Shown here: one piece after another, positions 17,094 to 26,786 of the stretch
How positions within the stretch are numbered: the first letter of the stretch is position 1
How the letters are laid out: every line of letters begins with the position of its first letter
Assembly: GCA_030619585.1 (NCBI GenBank)
Contig: JAUXBD010000001.1
Span: 1-27,572, forward strand
Reading direction: 5' to 3'
Length of the DNA stretch: 27,572 bases
Source of the DNA: Desulfobacteraceae bacterium
Lineage (GTDB): Bacteria > Desulfobacterota > Desulfobacteria > Desulfobacterales > SURF-7
Position numbers and translations under genes: made by a program
The notes under the pieces: generated by a model
The model's database searches: none
What the model saw: only the letters and a program-made list of their open reading frames with translations
Told to the model about the DNA's origin: nothing

Positions 17094-19771
17094 TGGCGGA
17101 CAAAATCGAACTCACAATAAACGGCCAGTCGGTTAAGGCCGACAAAGGCATGACTATACTGGAAACGGCGCTCAGGAAAGGAATTTACATTCCGCATCTG
17201 TGCCATCATCATGACTTGGACCCGGTAGGCGCCTGCCGGCTTTGCCTGGTTGAAATCGCCGGTAAGTGGACTAAAATAGCGATTTCCTGTAAAACTGAGG
17301 TCCAGGACGGGATGGTTGTCCGAACCGAAACTCCTGAAATCAATGAAATGAGGCAGGTAACCTTGGAATTGCTAATCGCGGACCACGATACGGACTGTCT
17401 TGCCTGCGAACAGAATACCAAGTGCGCTCTGCAGCGTGTGGCCGACCATGTCGGTGTAAACAAAGAACGGCTGCAGCGGCTGAAATCACGGGAAGTAAAA
17501 GCGCCTATTGACGACTCCAACCCGTTTTTTAACTTTGACCCCAACCGGTGTGTTCTGTGCGGAATATGCGTGCGCACCTGTGACGAGCTTCAAAACGTTC
17601 AGGCCATTGACTTCGCGAATCGGGGGCTGGGGACAAAAATAGCCGGTTTCGGAGACAAGCCTCGAATAGAATCCAATTGCGAATCATGCGGTGAGTGCAT
17701 CGTCCGGTGTCCTGTGGGCGCATTGACCGAAAAAGACTATATGAAACCGACTCACCAGGTAAAAACGGTTTGCTCTTTCTGCGGCTGCGGCTGCGGACTG
17801 ATACTGGGAGTTCGCGACAATCGGCTCGTCAGTGCCCGGGGCGATGTGAGCAGCCCGGCCAACAAAGGCAGGCTTTGTGTTAAGGGCCGCTTTGGCTACA
17901 AGTTCGTAAATCACCCCGACCGCCTGACTTCACCTCTAATTAAACGTAATGGTGAGTTTGTCAAGGCTGAGTGGGATGAGGCTTTAGACCTGGTGGCGGA
18001 TACTTTTTCCAAAAACAAAGGAGAAAAATTTGCCGCTATATCCTCGGCCAAGACTACAAACGAGGATAACTACGTCCTGCAAAAATTTGCACGGGCGGTT
18101 ATGGGTACCAACAACATTGATCATTGCGCACGTCTCTGACATGCTCCGACTGTGGCCGGTCTGGCCACCTCTCTCGGCAGCGGTTCAATGACAAACACAA
18201 TCAGTGAACTTGGCGGCGCCTCAGTTATTCTAGCGATAGGCACCAACACCACCGCCACCCATCCCATCGTCGCACTCCAGGTAAAGAACGCCGTGCGAAA
18301 CGGCTCCAAACTCATTGTTGCCAACCCCAAAGAGATTGAACTATGCAAGTTTGCCGATATTTTCCTCCAGCACAAACCAGGCACGGACGTACCTTTGCTT
18401 ATGGGAATGATGCGTGTGATTTTGGAAGAAGAGCTTCATGACAAATCTTTTATCCAGAGTCGCTGTGAAGATTTCGATGCTTTCGAGAAGTCCCTGGCCG
18501 AGTTCGATTTAGATACAGTGGAAAAGCTTACCGGCGTGCCGCAGGATAAAATTATCAAAGCCGCGCGAATCTACGCGACTCAAACACCGGCATCCATTAT
18601 TTACTGTATGGGCATTACCCAGCATGTTCATGGTACAGACAACGTGCTGGCCACCAGCAACCTGGCATTGCTCACGGGGAATATCGGCAAACCATCGTCG
18701 GGCGTTAACCCCCTTAGAGGGCAGAATAATGTTCAGGGTGCCTGCGATGTTGGTTGTTTACCTAATGTTTATACAGGATACCAGGCGGTAGCTATCCCCG
18801 AGATTAAAAATAAATTTGAATCCGCGTGGGGAGTGGCGTTAAGCGACACACCGGGTCTCACACACACCAAAATATTTGACGCCTGCTATGAGGGAAGTAT
18901 AAGCACGCTCTACCTGGTGGGTGAAAACCCTGTTTTGAGTGAAGCAGATGCCAGCCACGCCACAGAAGCCATGAAAAAAGTTGATTTTATGGTCGTGCAG
19001 GACATATTTATGACAGAAACCGCAGAACTGGCAGATGTCGTATTGCCGGCGGTTACTTTTGCGGAAGAGGACGGCACGTTTACAAACACCGAACGGAGGG
19101 TTCAACGGGTGCGCAAGGCTATCGATCCTGTGGGAGATGCAAAACCCGATTGGTGGATAGCCTGCGAATTGGCCAAACGCCTCAATGGTAAAGGTTTTGA
19201 ATTTTCAGGTCCCGAGGAGATAATGGAAGAGATATCTTCACTTACGCCTGCCTACAAAGGCATCTCCTACGCACGGCTGGAAAAAGGCAGCCTGCAATGG
19301 CCCTGTCCGACAACAGATCATCCGGGAACGCCGTTCCTGCATGCCGAAAAATTCGGCACAGACAGCGGCAAAGGAAAATTTAAGCCCCTTACATATCGGA
19401 AACCCGGCGAAGAAACGGATGGTGAATTTCCTCTGATCCTGACCACTGACCGCAGTCTGTATCACTTCCACAGCACCATGACACGTAGAGTATACGGACT
19501 TAATGTCCTGGCAAAAGAAGAGCTGCTGAACATTCACCCGGAGGATGCTTCCGGGCTGGGTGTAGAGAACGGCCAGATGGTGAAGGTGGTATCTCGACGA
19601 GGAGAGGTGGCGGTAAAGGTTAAGGTTACAGATATTTGTCCTTTAGGAACGGTGTCCATGACTTTTCACTTTGCCGAAACCCCCACCAATTTGCTGACAT
19701 GCTGTGAATTGGATCCTGTGGCAAAAACGCCTGGAACGAAGGTGTGCGCAGTTCGAGTAGAAGGGCTATAA
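17093..19771 (+). CDS. fdhF: Selenocysteine-containing Mo/W-bisPGD formate dehydrogenase alpha subunit with a NuoG-like Fe-S N-terminus (892 aa)
   Basis: ORFs 17093..18139 and 18152..19771 are in one frame, separated only by TGA 18137-18139 in NNIDHCARL-U-HAPTVAGL, the FdhF Sec site. Also CSFCGCGC...CVKG and PLRGQNNVQG. No Tat signal. Confidence 0.95.
18140..18170 (+). promoter_or_regulatory. Bacterial SECIS element
   Basis: Hairpin GTGGCC-GGTCT-GGCCAC (18152-18168) begins 12 nt after the UGA and has a G-containing apical loop. Confidence 0.8.
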
Positions 19772-19901
19772 GCTAAGCTGTGGGGCAGTGGAAGAGATCG
19801 AGAGGGTGATTGGCGGGTGGCTCGGCATTGCTGAGAGTGATTGGATTATGATGAAGCCCCCTCAAAGGGGACATTGTTAATGCAATTAAAAAGCTGCGAT
19901 T

Positions 19902-19960
19902 ATCTGCGTTAATCTGTGGCCTAAAAATATCAAAAAGCCCGTGCTACAGCGCGCTACCTT
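19902..19960. repeat. REP-like element, copy 2 (right arm + tail only)
   Basis: Matches 7774-7833 at 54 of 60 aligned positions by manual alignment (5 substitutions, 1 indel). Confidence 0.82.
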
Positions 19961-20402
19961 GTCGACGGCTGTTTTTAACCCTGATTATTCTGGGTTTATA
20001 CGAATCCTTGTCAGCCATTTTCTCCCCCACTAATCTTACAATCAGAAATGCCAGAACAAAAAAAAGAAACCCGAATATAGCCGAGGTTGCTGACTTGTCC
20101 AAACTGAATTTTACGGCAACTTCCTGGCCCACAATAGCGCCCGCCACCAGGCACAGGATCGGAAATATATGAATAAGAAAAGATGCCTTTAGCAGTGAAG
20201 AGGATTTAAACTCTATCACTACTTTATCACCCTCCTTTGCGTTGGCAGGGTTGATCACCTCCACTTCCATCTCTTTTCCGGTATCCATGGAATTGCACGA
20301 TTGTTTCGATGCGCACCCTTCACATGCCGTGCTCTTTGTTGTTTTTACCAGTGCAGTAGTTGGAGATTGGAGTTTAAGTACTATGCCTTCTTCGGTTGCC
20401 AA
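19944..20402 (-). CDS. RseC/MucC (SoxR-reducing system) family membrane protein
   Basis: MATEEGIV...ACEGCASKQSC, GDKVVIE and two C-terminal TM helices. Confidence 0.85.
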   Translation of the reverse strand: MATEEGIVLKLQSPTTALVKTTKSTACEGCASKQSCNSMDTGKEMEVEVINPANAKEGDKVVIEFKSSSLLKASFLIHIFPILCLVAGAIVGQEVAVKFSLDKSATSAIFGFLFFVLAFLIVRLVGEKMADKDSYKPRIIRVKNSRRQGSAL

Positions 20403-20419
20403 TTTTAGTTTATCCTTCC

Positions 20420-20998
20420 CTATTGAGGGGTGGTAAGGTTGGGATTCAAGTTATTTGAAAAGTCGGGAACCACCATTGTAAAAGGTTCTCTTCTCTCTTT
20501 TATGTTCCTCGTTTTTTGTTCAATAGGCTGTTCATCATGAATTTTATCAAGGTTATCGTACCCTATTTGCCCTTTTATCAAGGATGAATCATCACAAATT
20601 CTGCGGTCCTGCAAAACACCCGTGGTATTGTTTTGGATAAAAGACTCCAGCAGAGTTTTGTGATTTGCTGTAATATCTCCAAACTGTACGCCAAACCTTC
20701 TCATGGTAGTTGAAAAATAGTGGTCCTGGACAGCAATGGGAACTTCTGAAATAATTTCAATGGGAATGTTTTGTATATATACGCCATCACCGCTTACAAA
20801 TACATCTAACTCGATAAAGCCGTCAAAACATAGGTTACAGGAAATAGGATACTGAAACGAAAGACCTTTATGGTTGATATCCAAGAGGCTGCCCAGCCTT
20901 GAGGAATGAATCTGGGGTTTCAGAACAACAAATGTTCCCGCCCGTACTTTGAAACGAGTATATTGCTTTTTGAAAAAAAGCATTTCATGGTTATCCAT
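20420..20998 (-). CDS. PilZ-like domain protein with degenerate motifs
   Basis: KQYTRFKV and LLDINHKGLSF align with the PilZ RxxxR and DxSxxG positions; RRFGVQF at the end of the domain. The start codon is uncertain. Confidence 0.65.
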   Translation of the reverse strand: MDNHEMLFFKKQYTRFKVRAGTFVVLKPQIHSSRLGSLLDINHKGLSFQYPISCNLCFDGFIELDVFVSGDGVYIQNIPIEIISEVPIAVQDHYFSTTMRRFGVQFGDITANHKTLLESFIQNNTTGVLQDRRICDDSSLIKGQIGYDNLDKIHDEQPIEQKTRNIKERREPFTMVVPDFSNNLNPNLTTPQ

Positions 20999-21211
20999 GT
21001 CATATTCTCTCATTACAGATCTCGTCATTTTACGCAATCTGATGCAATTTTAATAGTTTGCAGTTATTATTTAGAAATAAATTACGAAATCCGAAATTTG
21101 TCAAAAAGGATCGTTTGTATTCAGGACGAGTTCTCTATGTAAAACATACAGTACAAAAAAACAGGCAAACAAACAACTAAAAAAATGAGAATAGCAAAAA
21201 TGATGGGGTTG

Positions 21212-21733
21212 TTAATCACCTTCAAATTCGGTTAATGTATATATATTATATCCCTTTATTTTATCCCGGCCATTAAGATCCGGCAATTCCACCATAAACG
21301 CGCATTCAACAATTTCACCACCAAGCTTTTCCACAAGCTGGGCTGCAGCGGCAATGGTTCCGCCGGTTGCTATAAGATCATCAACGATGAGGACTTTTTC
21401 CCCTTTTTTAATAGCATCCTCATGCATCTCCACAACATCTTCACCATACTCAAGTGAGTACTCTGCGCTTACTGTCTTGTAGGGCAGTTTCCCTTTTTTT
21501 CTTACCGGAATAAATCCAACATTGAGCTTGTAGGCAAGGACAGCACCGTGAATAAAACCCCTGGCATCAATACCGACAATTTTATCAATCTCCATATCCT
21601 TGTAGCGGTCGTAAAGACGGTCAACAGACTCCCTGAACGCTTCCGGATCCTGGAGAAGTGTTGTTATATCCCTGAACATAACCCCTTCAATCGGCCAATT
21701 TGGAACTGTTCTTATTTTCTCTCTCAAATCCAT
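21212..21733 (-). CDS. apt: Adenine phosphoribosyltransferase
   Basis: GVMFRDITT, GIDARGF, RKKGKLP, EYSLEYG and VLIVDDLIATGGT. Confidence 0.97.
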   Translation of the reverse strand: MDLREKIRTVPNWPIEGVMFRDITTLLQDPEAFRESVDRLYDRYKDMEIDKIVGIDARGFIHGAVLAYKLNVGFIPVRKKGKLPYKTVSAEYSLEYGEDVVEMHEDAIKKGEKVLIVDDLIATGGTIAAAAQLVEKLGGEIVECAFMVELPDLNGRDKIKGYNIYTLTEFEGD

Positions 21734-21741
21734 TAATAACC

Positions 21742-22488
21742 TCACTTTATTTTTGGAATAACATCTATCAGAAGATTTTTAACACTGCCCGCATTCTTAT
21801 TAAACACTTCCATGATCTCTTCCCAGGAAACAGGCTCCTCATCCTCTTTCCAGCAGTCATAGTCGGTTGACATGGCAACTGCAGCATAAGGAATTCCCGC
21901 CTCATTTGCAAGGATAGCCTCAGGCGCTATTGACATGTTTATGATATCAGCCCCCCATATTCTGAACATATTTGATTCAGCCCGGGTTGAAAATCTTGGG
22001 CCTTCAATGGTTATCACGGTGCCACCGTCATGGGCAGGAAGACCAAGCTGCTTAGCGGTCTCAAAAAGAGCTTTCCTAAGTTCCGCATCAAACGGCTCTG
22101 CCATGGGAGTGTGGACCGCCTCCCCGTCAAAGGAATCATTAAAAGTAATTTTTCTATGCCGTGTAAAATCTATAAACTGGTCGATGATTACAAAATGTCC
22201 CCTGCCAATCTCCTCTTTCAGACTGCCGCATGCGGTTGTTGCAAGTATATGTGTCACACCCTTTTCTTTTAATGCATGAATATTTGCCCTGTAATTGACC
22301 TGGGTGGGGCTGAGCTGATGCTTTTTACCGTGTCTTGCAATCATTACAACATCAATGCCGTTTATCCGACCCACGGTCAACTCTGAAGACGGGGCTCCGT
22401 ATGGTGTTTTAACCTCAATCTGCTTGGGGTCCACAAGTAGTTGCGGGTCATCCAACCCCGAGCCCCCGATAATTCCTATTTTAGCCAT
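21742..22488 (-). CDS. mtnP: S-methyl-5'-thioadenosine phosphorylase
   Basis: IGIIGGSG, ARHG, NYRANI, EGPRFST.AES and STDYDCW (the DYD motif is typical of MTAP). Confidence 0.93.
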   Translation of the reverse strand: MAKIGIIGGSGLDDPQLLVDPKQIEVKTPYGAPSSELTVGRINGIDVVMIARHGKKHQLSPTQVNYRANIHALKEKGVTHILATTACGSLKEEIGRGHFVIIDQFIDFTRHRKITFNDSFDGEAVHTPMAEPFDAELRKALFETAKQLGLPAHDGGTVITIEGPRFSTRAESNMFRIWGADIINMSIAPEAILANEAGIPYAAVAMSTDYDCWKEDEEPVSWEEIMEVFNKNAGSVKNLLIDVIPKIK

Positions 22489-22569
22489 GGGTCCTCCTTA
22501 CTTTGCTTTAAACAACATGAAGACGAATAGTATACATATGAGATGTTGTCAAGAATGGCAAATGTTTTG

Positions 22570-22584
22570 AACCACATTGTGGTT
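22570..22584. promoter_or_regulatory. Perfect 15-bp palindrome, candidate operator
   Basis: AACCACA-T-TGTGGTT lies in the 174-bp gap between the divergent mtnP and mtnA. Confidence 0.45.
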
Positions 22585-22662
22585 GTATTAGATTGGACAA
22601 TGATGTAGAAAAAAGTTCTTTATAGAAAAGCCACTTTAAATCTATATTGAAAGGTTTGAAAA

Positions 22663-23766
22663 ATGAAAATTGATGATAAAGATATGCGCCCCATCTGGCT
22701 TAATGATGACAAAACAACTGTGCAGGTAATAGACCAGAGAGTCCTTCCCCACAAATTTATTATCGCGGATTTGAAAACAGTTGACCATGTTATAACTGCC
22801 ATTAAGGAGATGTTTGTCAGAGGCGCGCCCCTTCTTGGGGTAACCGGAGCCTATGGGGTGTATATTGCAGCAATAAACGCTTCAGATAAAACGATCCCGG
22901 ATGATTATCTTATCAAAGAGTGTAACCGGTTAAAAGCATCCAGGCCCACTGCTGTTAATCTTGCATGGGCAGTTGACAAGGTGCTTGCGGCAGTGCTCAA
23001 AGAGAAAAGCCCCTCGGGGAAAATAGATACAGCAGGGATACAAGCAGCAAAAATTGATGCCCAGGAGGTTGAAAATTGCCGAAATATAGGCGAGCACGGT
23101 GTGTCTTTGATTGAAAAAATTAGCCGTGAAAAAAACGGTTCTACAGTCAACATCCTGACTCATTGTAATGCCGGCTGGCTTGCATGTGTTGAGTACGGCA
23201 CAGCAACTGCCCCAATGTATGCGGCATTTGAAAAAGATATCGACATACATGTTTGGGTGGATGAAACACGGCCACTTAACCAGGGTGCGCGGCTCACCGC
23301 CTGGGAGTTGGGCAGGCAAGGGATAAAACACACCGTTATAACAGATAATGCAGGTGGCCATATAATGCAGCATGGCATGGTCGACATTGTAATAGTTGGA
23401 ACGGACAGAACAACCGGTACCGGTGATGTTGCCAACAAAATAGGCACATATCTCAAGGCCCTTGCAGCAAAGGACAACAATATCCCCTTTTACGTGGCAC
23501 TGCCGTCAAGTACTTTTGACTGGACCTTAAAAGACGGGATTAAGGAGATTCCTATTGAGCAGCGTAACCCTGATGAAGTTAGATTTGTGCAGGGACTTGA
23601 CGACAACAAATTAAGAAAAGTGATGATTACCCCTGAAAACAGCCCTGCTGCAGACTTTGCTTTTGACGTGACACCGGCACGACTGGTTACGGGATTCATT
23701 ACTGAAAGGGGTATCTGCCGCGCCACCCCAAATAATATTAAGGAACTTTTTCCTGAAAAGTTTTAA
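22663..23766 (+). CDS. mtnA: Methylthioribose-1-phosphate isomerase
   Basis: VRGAP, SRPTAVNL, LTHCNAG, DETRP..QGARLT, NKIGTY and FDVTP. Confidence 0.96.
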   Translation: MKIDDKDMRPIWLNDDKTTVQVIDQRVLPHKFIIADLKTVDHVITAIKEMFVRGAPLLGVTGAYGVYIAAINASDKTIPDDYLIKECNRLKASRPTAVNLAWAVDKVLAAVLKEKSPSGKIDTAGIQAAKIDAQEVENCRNIGEHGVSLIEKISREKNGSTVNILTHCNAGWLACVEYGTATAPMYAAFEKDIDIHVWVDETRPLNQGARLTAWELGRQGIKHTVITDNAGGHIMQHGMVDIVIVGTDRTTGTGDVANKIGTYLKALAAKDNNIPFYVALPSSTFDWTLKDGIKEIPIEQRNPDEVRFVQGLDDNKLRKVMITPENSPAADFAFDVTPARLVTGFITERGICRATPNNIKELFPEKF

Positions 23767-24007
23767 TCTGTAATAATTAAGAACGGTATTTCAGGCTTTA
23801 TCTTCTGCGTGGCAGCAATAAGGTGTAACCACCCTAAATACAGCATAAACATGAAAATTAGTTAACATTAACTATTGCAAGTTTGAATTAACATGATATA
23901 TGAGGTCTAATGATGGTGATTACCCTGATATCAAATAGAAACTCGTTGGAATTGTTAGGTGTTTTAAGTTTAGAGCTTAAAAAAACCGCTTGTTTCAATG
24001 TGGGACT

Positions 24008-25957
24008 ATGAAAGATTCATACAAAAACGATAGGCCATTATACAACAGCAGAATCATTGATACATATATCAAGCTCGTTAAAAGAAAGTACAGCCACGTG
24101 AACATCGGCGAGCTGCTTGACCATGCCGATATGAAATCTTACGAGGTTGCTGATCAGGGACACTGGTTCACACAGAAACAGGTAAACCGGTTCCAAGAAA
24201 AACTTATCAAAGAAACCGGCAACAGCAATATTGCACAAGAAGCCGGCCGATTTACAGCATCTCCCGCTGCCATTGGCGTTATGAGGCAATATATTCTCGG
24301 GTTAGTTGGCCCTGCAAAAGCATATGAGATGATAGGAAGGGCATCTCCCAACTTCACAAGGTCCTCAACCTATGAGTCAAAGAGGATAGCTTCAAACAAA
24401 ATTGAAATTAATGTAACACTAAAAGAGGGGGTGGTTGAAGAACCATTTCAGTGTGAAAATAGAATAGGTTTTTTCCAGGCAATTTCCATAGCTTTCAGCA
24501 ACAAATTCCCTAAAATCGAACACCCGGAATGCCTTTTTAAAGGAGGAGGCTCCTGCCGTTATATAATTTCATGGGATAAAACATTGTCAGCCCTTTTAAA
24601 AAGGATAAGAGGTTACACAGCATTGACGCTTCCCATATGCATGCTGATAACCTTTATTCTTATGCCATCAATGGTGGTGGCACTATTTGCCCCCTTTTTA
24701 ATGGCTTTTGTTCTCATAATTACCTTGTTGACCTTAATTGAATGCCGGCTGGAAAACACGGAGTTGAAAGATGTGCTGGAAAATCTTCATGATTCAACTA
24801 ACCAGCTGGTTAATCAGATTGACATGAATTATAATAACGCAAGTGTTACCAATGAAATCGGCCAGGTTATCAGTAAGCAGACAAATATTGAAGACATACT
24901 GGACAAAGTTTGCCAGGTTTCTGATAACAGGCTTGATTATGACAGGGGACTGATTCTCCTGGCAACTAAAGACAAAACCAGGCTGGAGATTCGGGCAGGG
25001 TTTGGCTATTCCGGTGATGTGCTTAAATTAATGAATAAGACCTTTTTTCATCTTGACAAACCTGATTCAAAGGGCGTGTTTGTTGTATCATTCAAGGAGC
25101 AAAAGCCGTTTTTAGTAAACGATATAAATGAAATTCAAGACAATCTTTCATTACGGAGTCTGGCGTTTGCAAAAAGAGCGGGTACCCAATCATTTATCTG
25201 CTGTCCTATAGTATGTGATGGAGAGTCAATAGGTGTTCTTGCTGTTGATAATCTTAAAACAAAAAGACCTCTTGTTCAAAGTGATATGAGTTTTTTGATG
25301 GGCATATCCTCTGTTGTTGGAATCAGCATTCGAAATGCCGAGCTTTTTGATGGAATGGCAAAACAGTTCAGTTCCCTTTTACAGGTCATGGCTGCAAGTA
25401 TTGATGCCAGAGACCCTTTGACAGCAGGACATTCAGAAAATGTCACCAAATATGCAATGGGAATTTGCGAAGAACTGGGGTTGTCCAAAGATCAAAGCGA
25501 AGTGGTTAGGGTGGCAGCCTCACTCCATGATTACGGGAAGATAGGCATTCCCGATGCCCTTTTGAAAAAGCCCGGAAGACTGACAGACCAGGAGTATGAA
25601 ATCATAAAAACCCACGCAACCAAGACAAAAACAATACTGGCGCAGGTCAATTTTGAAGGAATGTTCATTGATGTGCCTGAAATTGCCGGATCACATCATG
25701 AAAAGATTGATGGAAGCGGATATCCAAATGGACTTAAAGGAGAAGAAATTCCATATGGAGCACAGATAATTGCTGTGGCAGATTTTTTTGAAGCCATAAC
25801 TGCCCAAAGGCATTATCGTGCGCCAATGCCTTTGGACAAAGCTTTTGCTCTTTTATATGAAGAAAAAGGCGTCCATTTTGAAGAAAAAATTGTTGACGCC
25901 TTTACCCGCTATTATGTCAAAACAAATCCGGATAAAAGATTGCGTCTGGTTTCTTAA
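24008..25957 (+). CDS. HD-GYP phosphodiesterase with an N-terminal V4R/HNOB-like domain, TM helices and a GAF domain
   Basis: HSENV...HDYGKIG...HHEKIDGSGYP and a GAF (ICCPIVCDGESIGVLAVDN). The N-terminus has QCENR and HPEC...CRY. Start set at ATG 24008. Confidence 0.88.
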   Translation: MKDSYKNDRPLYNSRIIDTYIKLVKRKYSHVNIGELLDHADMKSYEVADQGHWFTQKQVNRFQEKLIKETGNSNIAQEAGRFTASPAAIGVMRQYILGLVGPAKAYEMIGRASPNFTRSSTYESKRIASNKIEINVTLKEGVVEEPFQCENRIGFFQAISIAFSNKFPKIEHPECLFKGGGSCRYIISWDKTLSALLKRIRGYTALTLPICMLITFILMPSMVVALFAPFLMAFVLIITLLTLIECRLENTELKDVLENLHDSTNQLVNQIDMNYNNASVTNEIGQVISKQTNIEDILDKVCQVSDNRLDYDRGLILLATKDKTRLEIRAGFGYSGDVLKLMNKTFFHLDKPDSKGVFVVSFKEQKPFLVNDINEIQDNLSLRSLAFAKRAGTQSFICCPIVCDGESIGVLAVDNLKTKRPLVQSDMSFLMGISSVVGISIRNAELFDGMAKQFSSLLQVMAASIDARDPLTAGHSENVTKYAMGICEELGLSKDQSEVVRVAASLHDYGKIGIPDALLKKPGRLTDQEYEIIKTHATKTKTILAQVNFEGMFIDVPEIAGSHHEKIDGSGYPNGLKGEEIPYGAQIIAVADFFEAITAQRHYRAPMPLDKAFALLYEEKGVHFEEKIVDAFTRYYVKTNPDKRLRLVS

Positions 25958-25979
25958 AGCTGGTTTAATATTTATACAA

Positions 25980-26786
25980 CTATTTAGATTTAAGACCCCT
26001 GCAGGATATCAGTGGTGTATAGGTAAATCGCCGCGGATTATAAAAAAAATTCTTGAACTCCTCAAAAAACTCTTCATATCCTCCTTCATATTCATTAAAC
26101 AAATAACCTGAGCTTTTTCCGGCAACCTCCAGTTTTTTTGTCCAGTTAAAGGCATCTACTTCATTCACTTCACCAAAAATAAGATGGTGAGGGGCCATTC
26201 CCACATCGATATTTTCAAAGGAAAGATCATAAAGATAGGAATAGAGCTTTATCCCCACATAAGGATCAAAATCAGCCTTCTCTTCTACAGTTTGTATTAA
26301 TGCAAAAAGGGTATTTTTTACCTTTGCTGATAAACCGAAATGGCTTAAACAGTTATAGTCCAGATCTATCAAACAAAGAATTCCGCCTGGTTTAAGCATC
26401 TTGGATATGTTTTTTACTATCTCAAAACTGTTTGAACGATGGTATTCCAGGACAAAACGAACCCATATAAAATCAAATTTACCAAGGTCTTCCAGAGGAT
26501 CGCGTATATCTTTGCATATAAACTCAATGTTTTGGGAATTATAATGTTTTTTTGCAAACTCGATTCTCTGTCCAGCGATATCCACGCCTACGGCCTTGCC
26601 ATTCGGCTGAACCAACCTATTTAAACAATAGGTTGTTTTGCCGGATCCGCATCCTAAATCCGCAACACGCATACCCGGCTTTAACCCGGCCCATAATGCC
26701 TGCTGCTCAGTAGCCTTGTTGTCTGTTTTCATGTCCAGGCGAAGAGCTTCATCTTCACTTTCCATTAAATATTTACTCGTCCCCAT
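25980..26786 (-). CDS. Class I SAM-dependent methyltransferase
   Basis: VADLGCGSG, VGVDI and FDFIWVRFVLEY; GAGGAG RBS 5 nt before ATG 26786. Confidence 0.9.
   Translation of the reverse strand: MGTSKYLMESEDEALRLDMKTDNKATEQQALWAGLKPGMRVADLGCGSGKTTYCLNRLVQPNGKAVGVDIAGQRIEFAKKHYNSQNIEFICKDIRDPLEDLGKFDFIWVRFVLEYHRSNSFEIVKNISKMLKPGGILCLIDLDYNCLSHFGLSAKVKNTLFALIQTVEEKADFDPYVGIKLYSYLYDLSFENIDVGMAPHHLIFGEVNEVDAFNWTKKLEVAGKSSGYLFNEYEGGYEEFFEEFKNFFYNPRRFTYTPLISCRGLKSK

Noticed and set aside
18137-18139. Premature stop / pseudogene reading of the FDH alpha subunit
   Set aside because: The codon lies at the canonical Sec position, a SECIS hairpin follows and both halves are intact.
14783-19537. Many antisense ORFs across the FDH operon
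   Set aside because: These are the expected shadow ORFs of GC-richer coding sequence, with no motifs.
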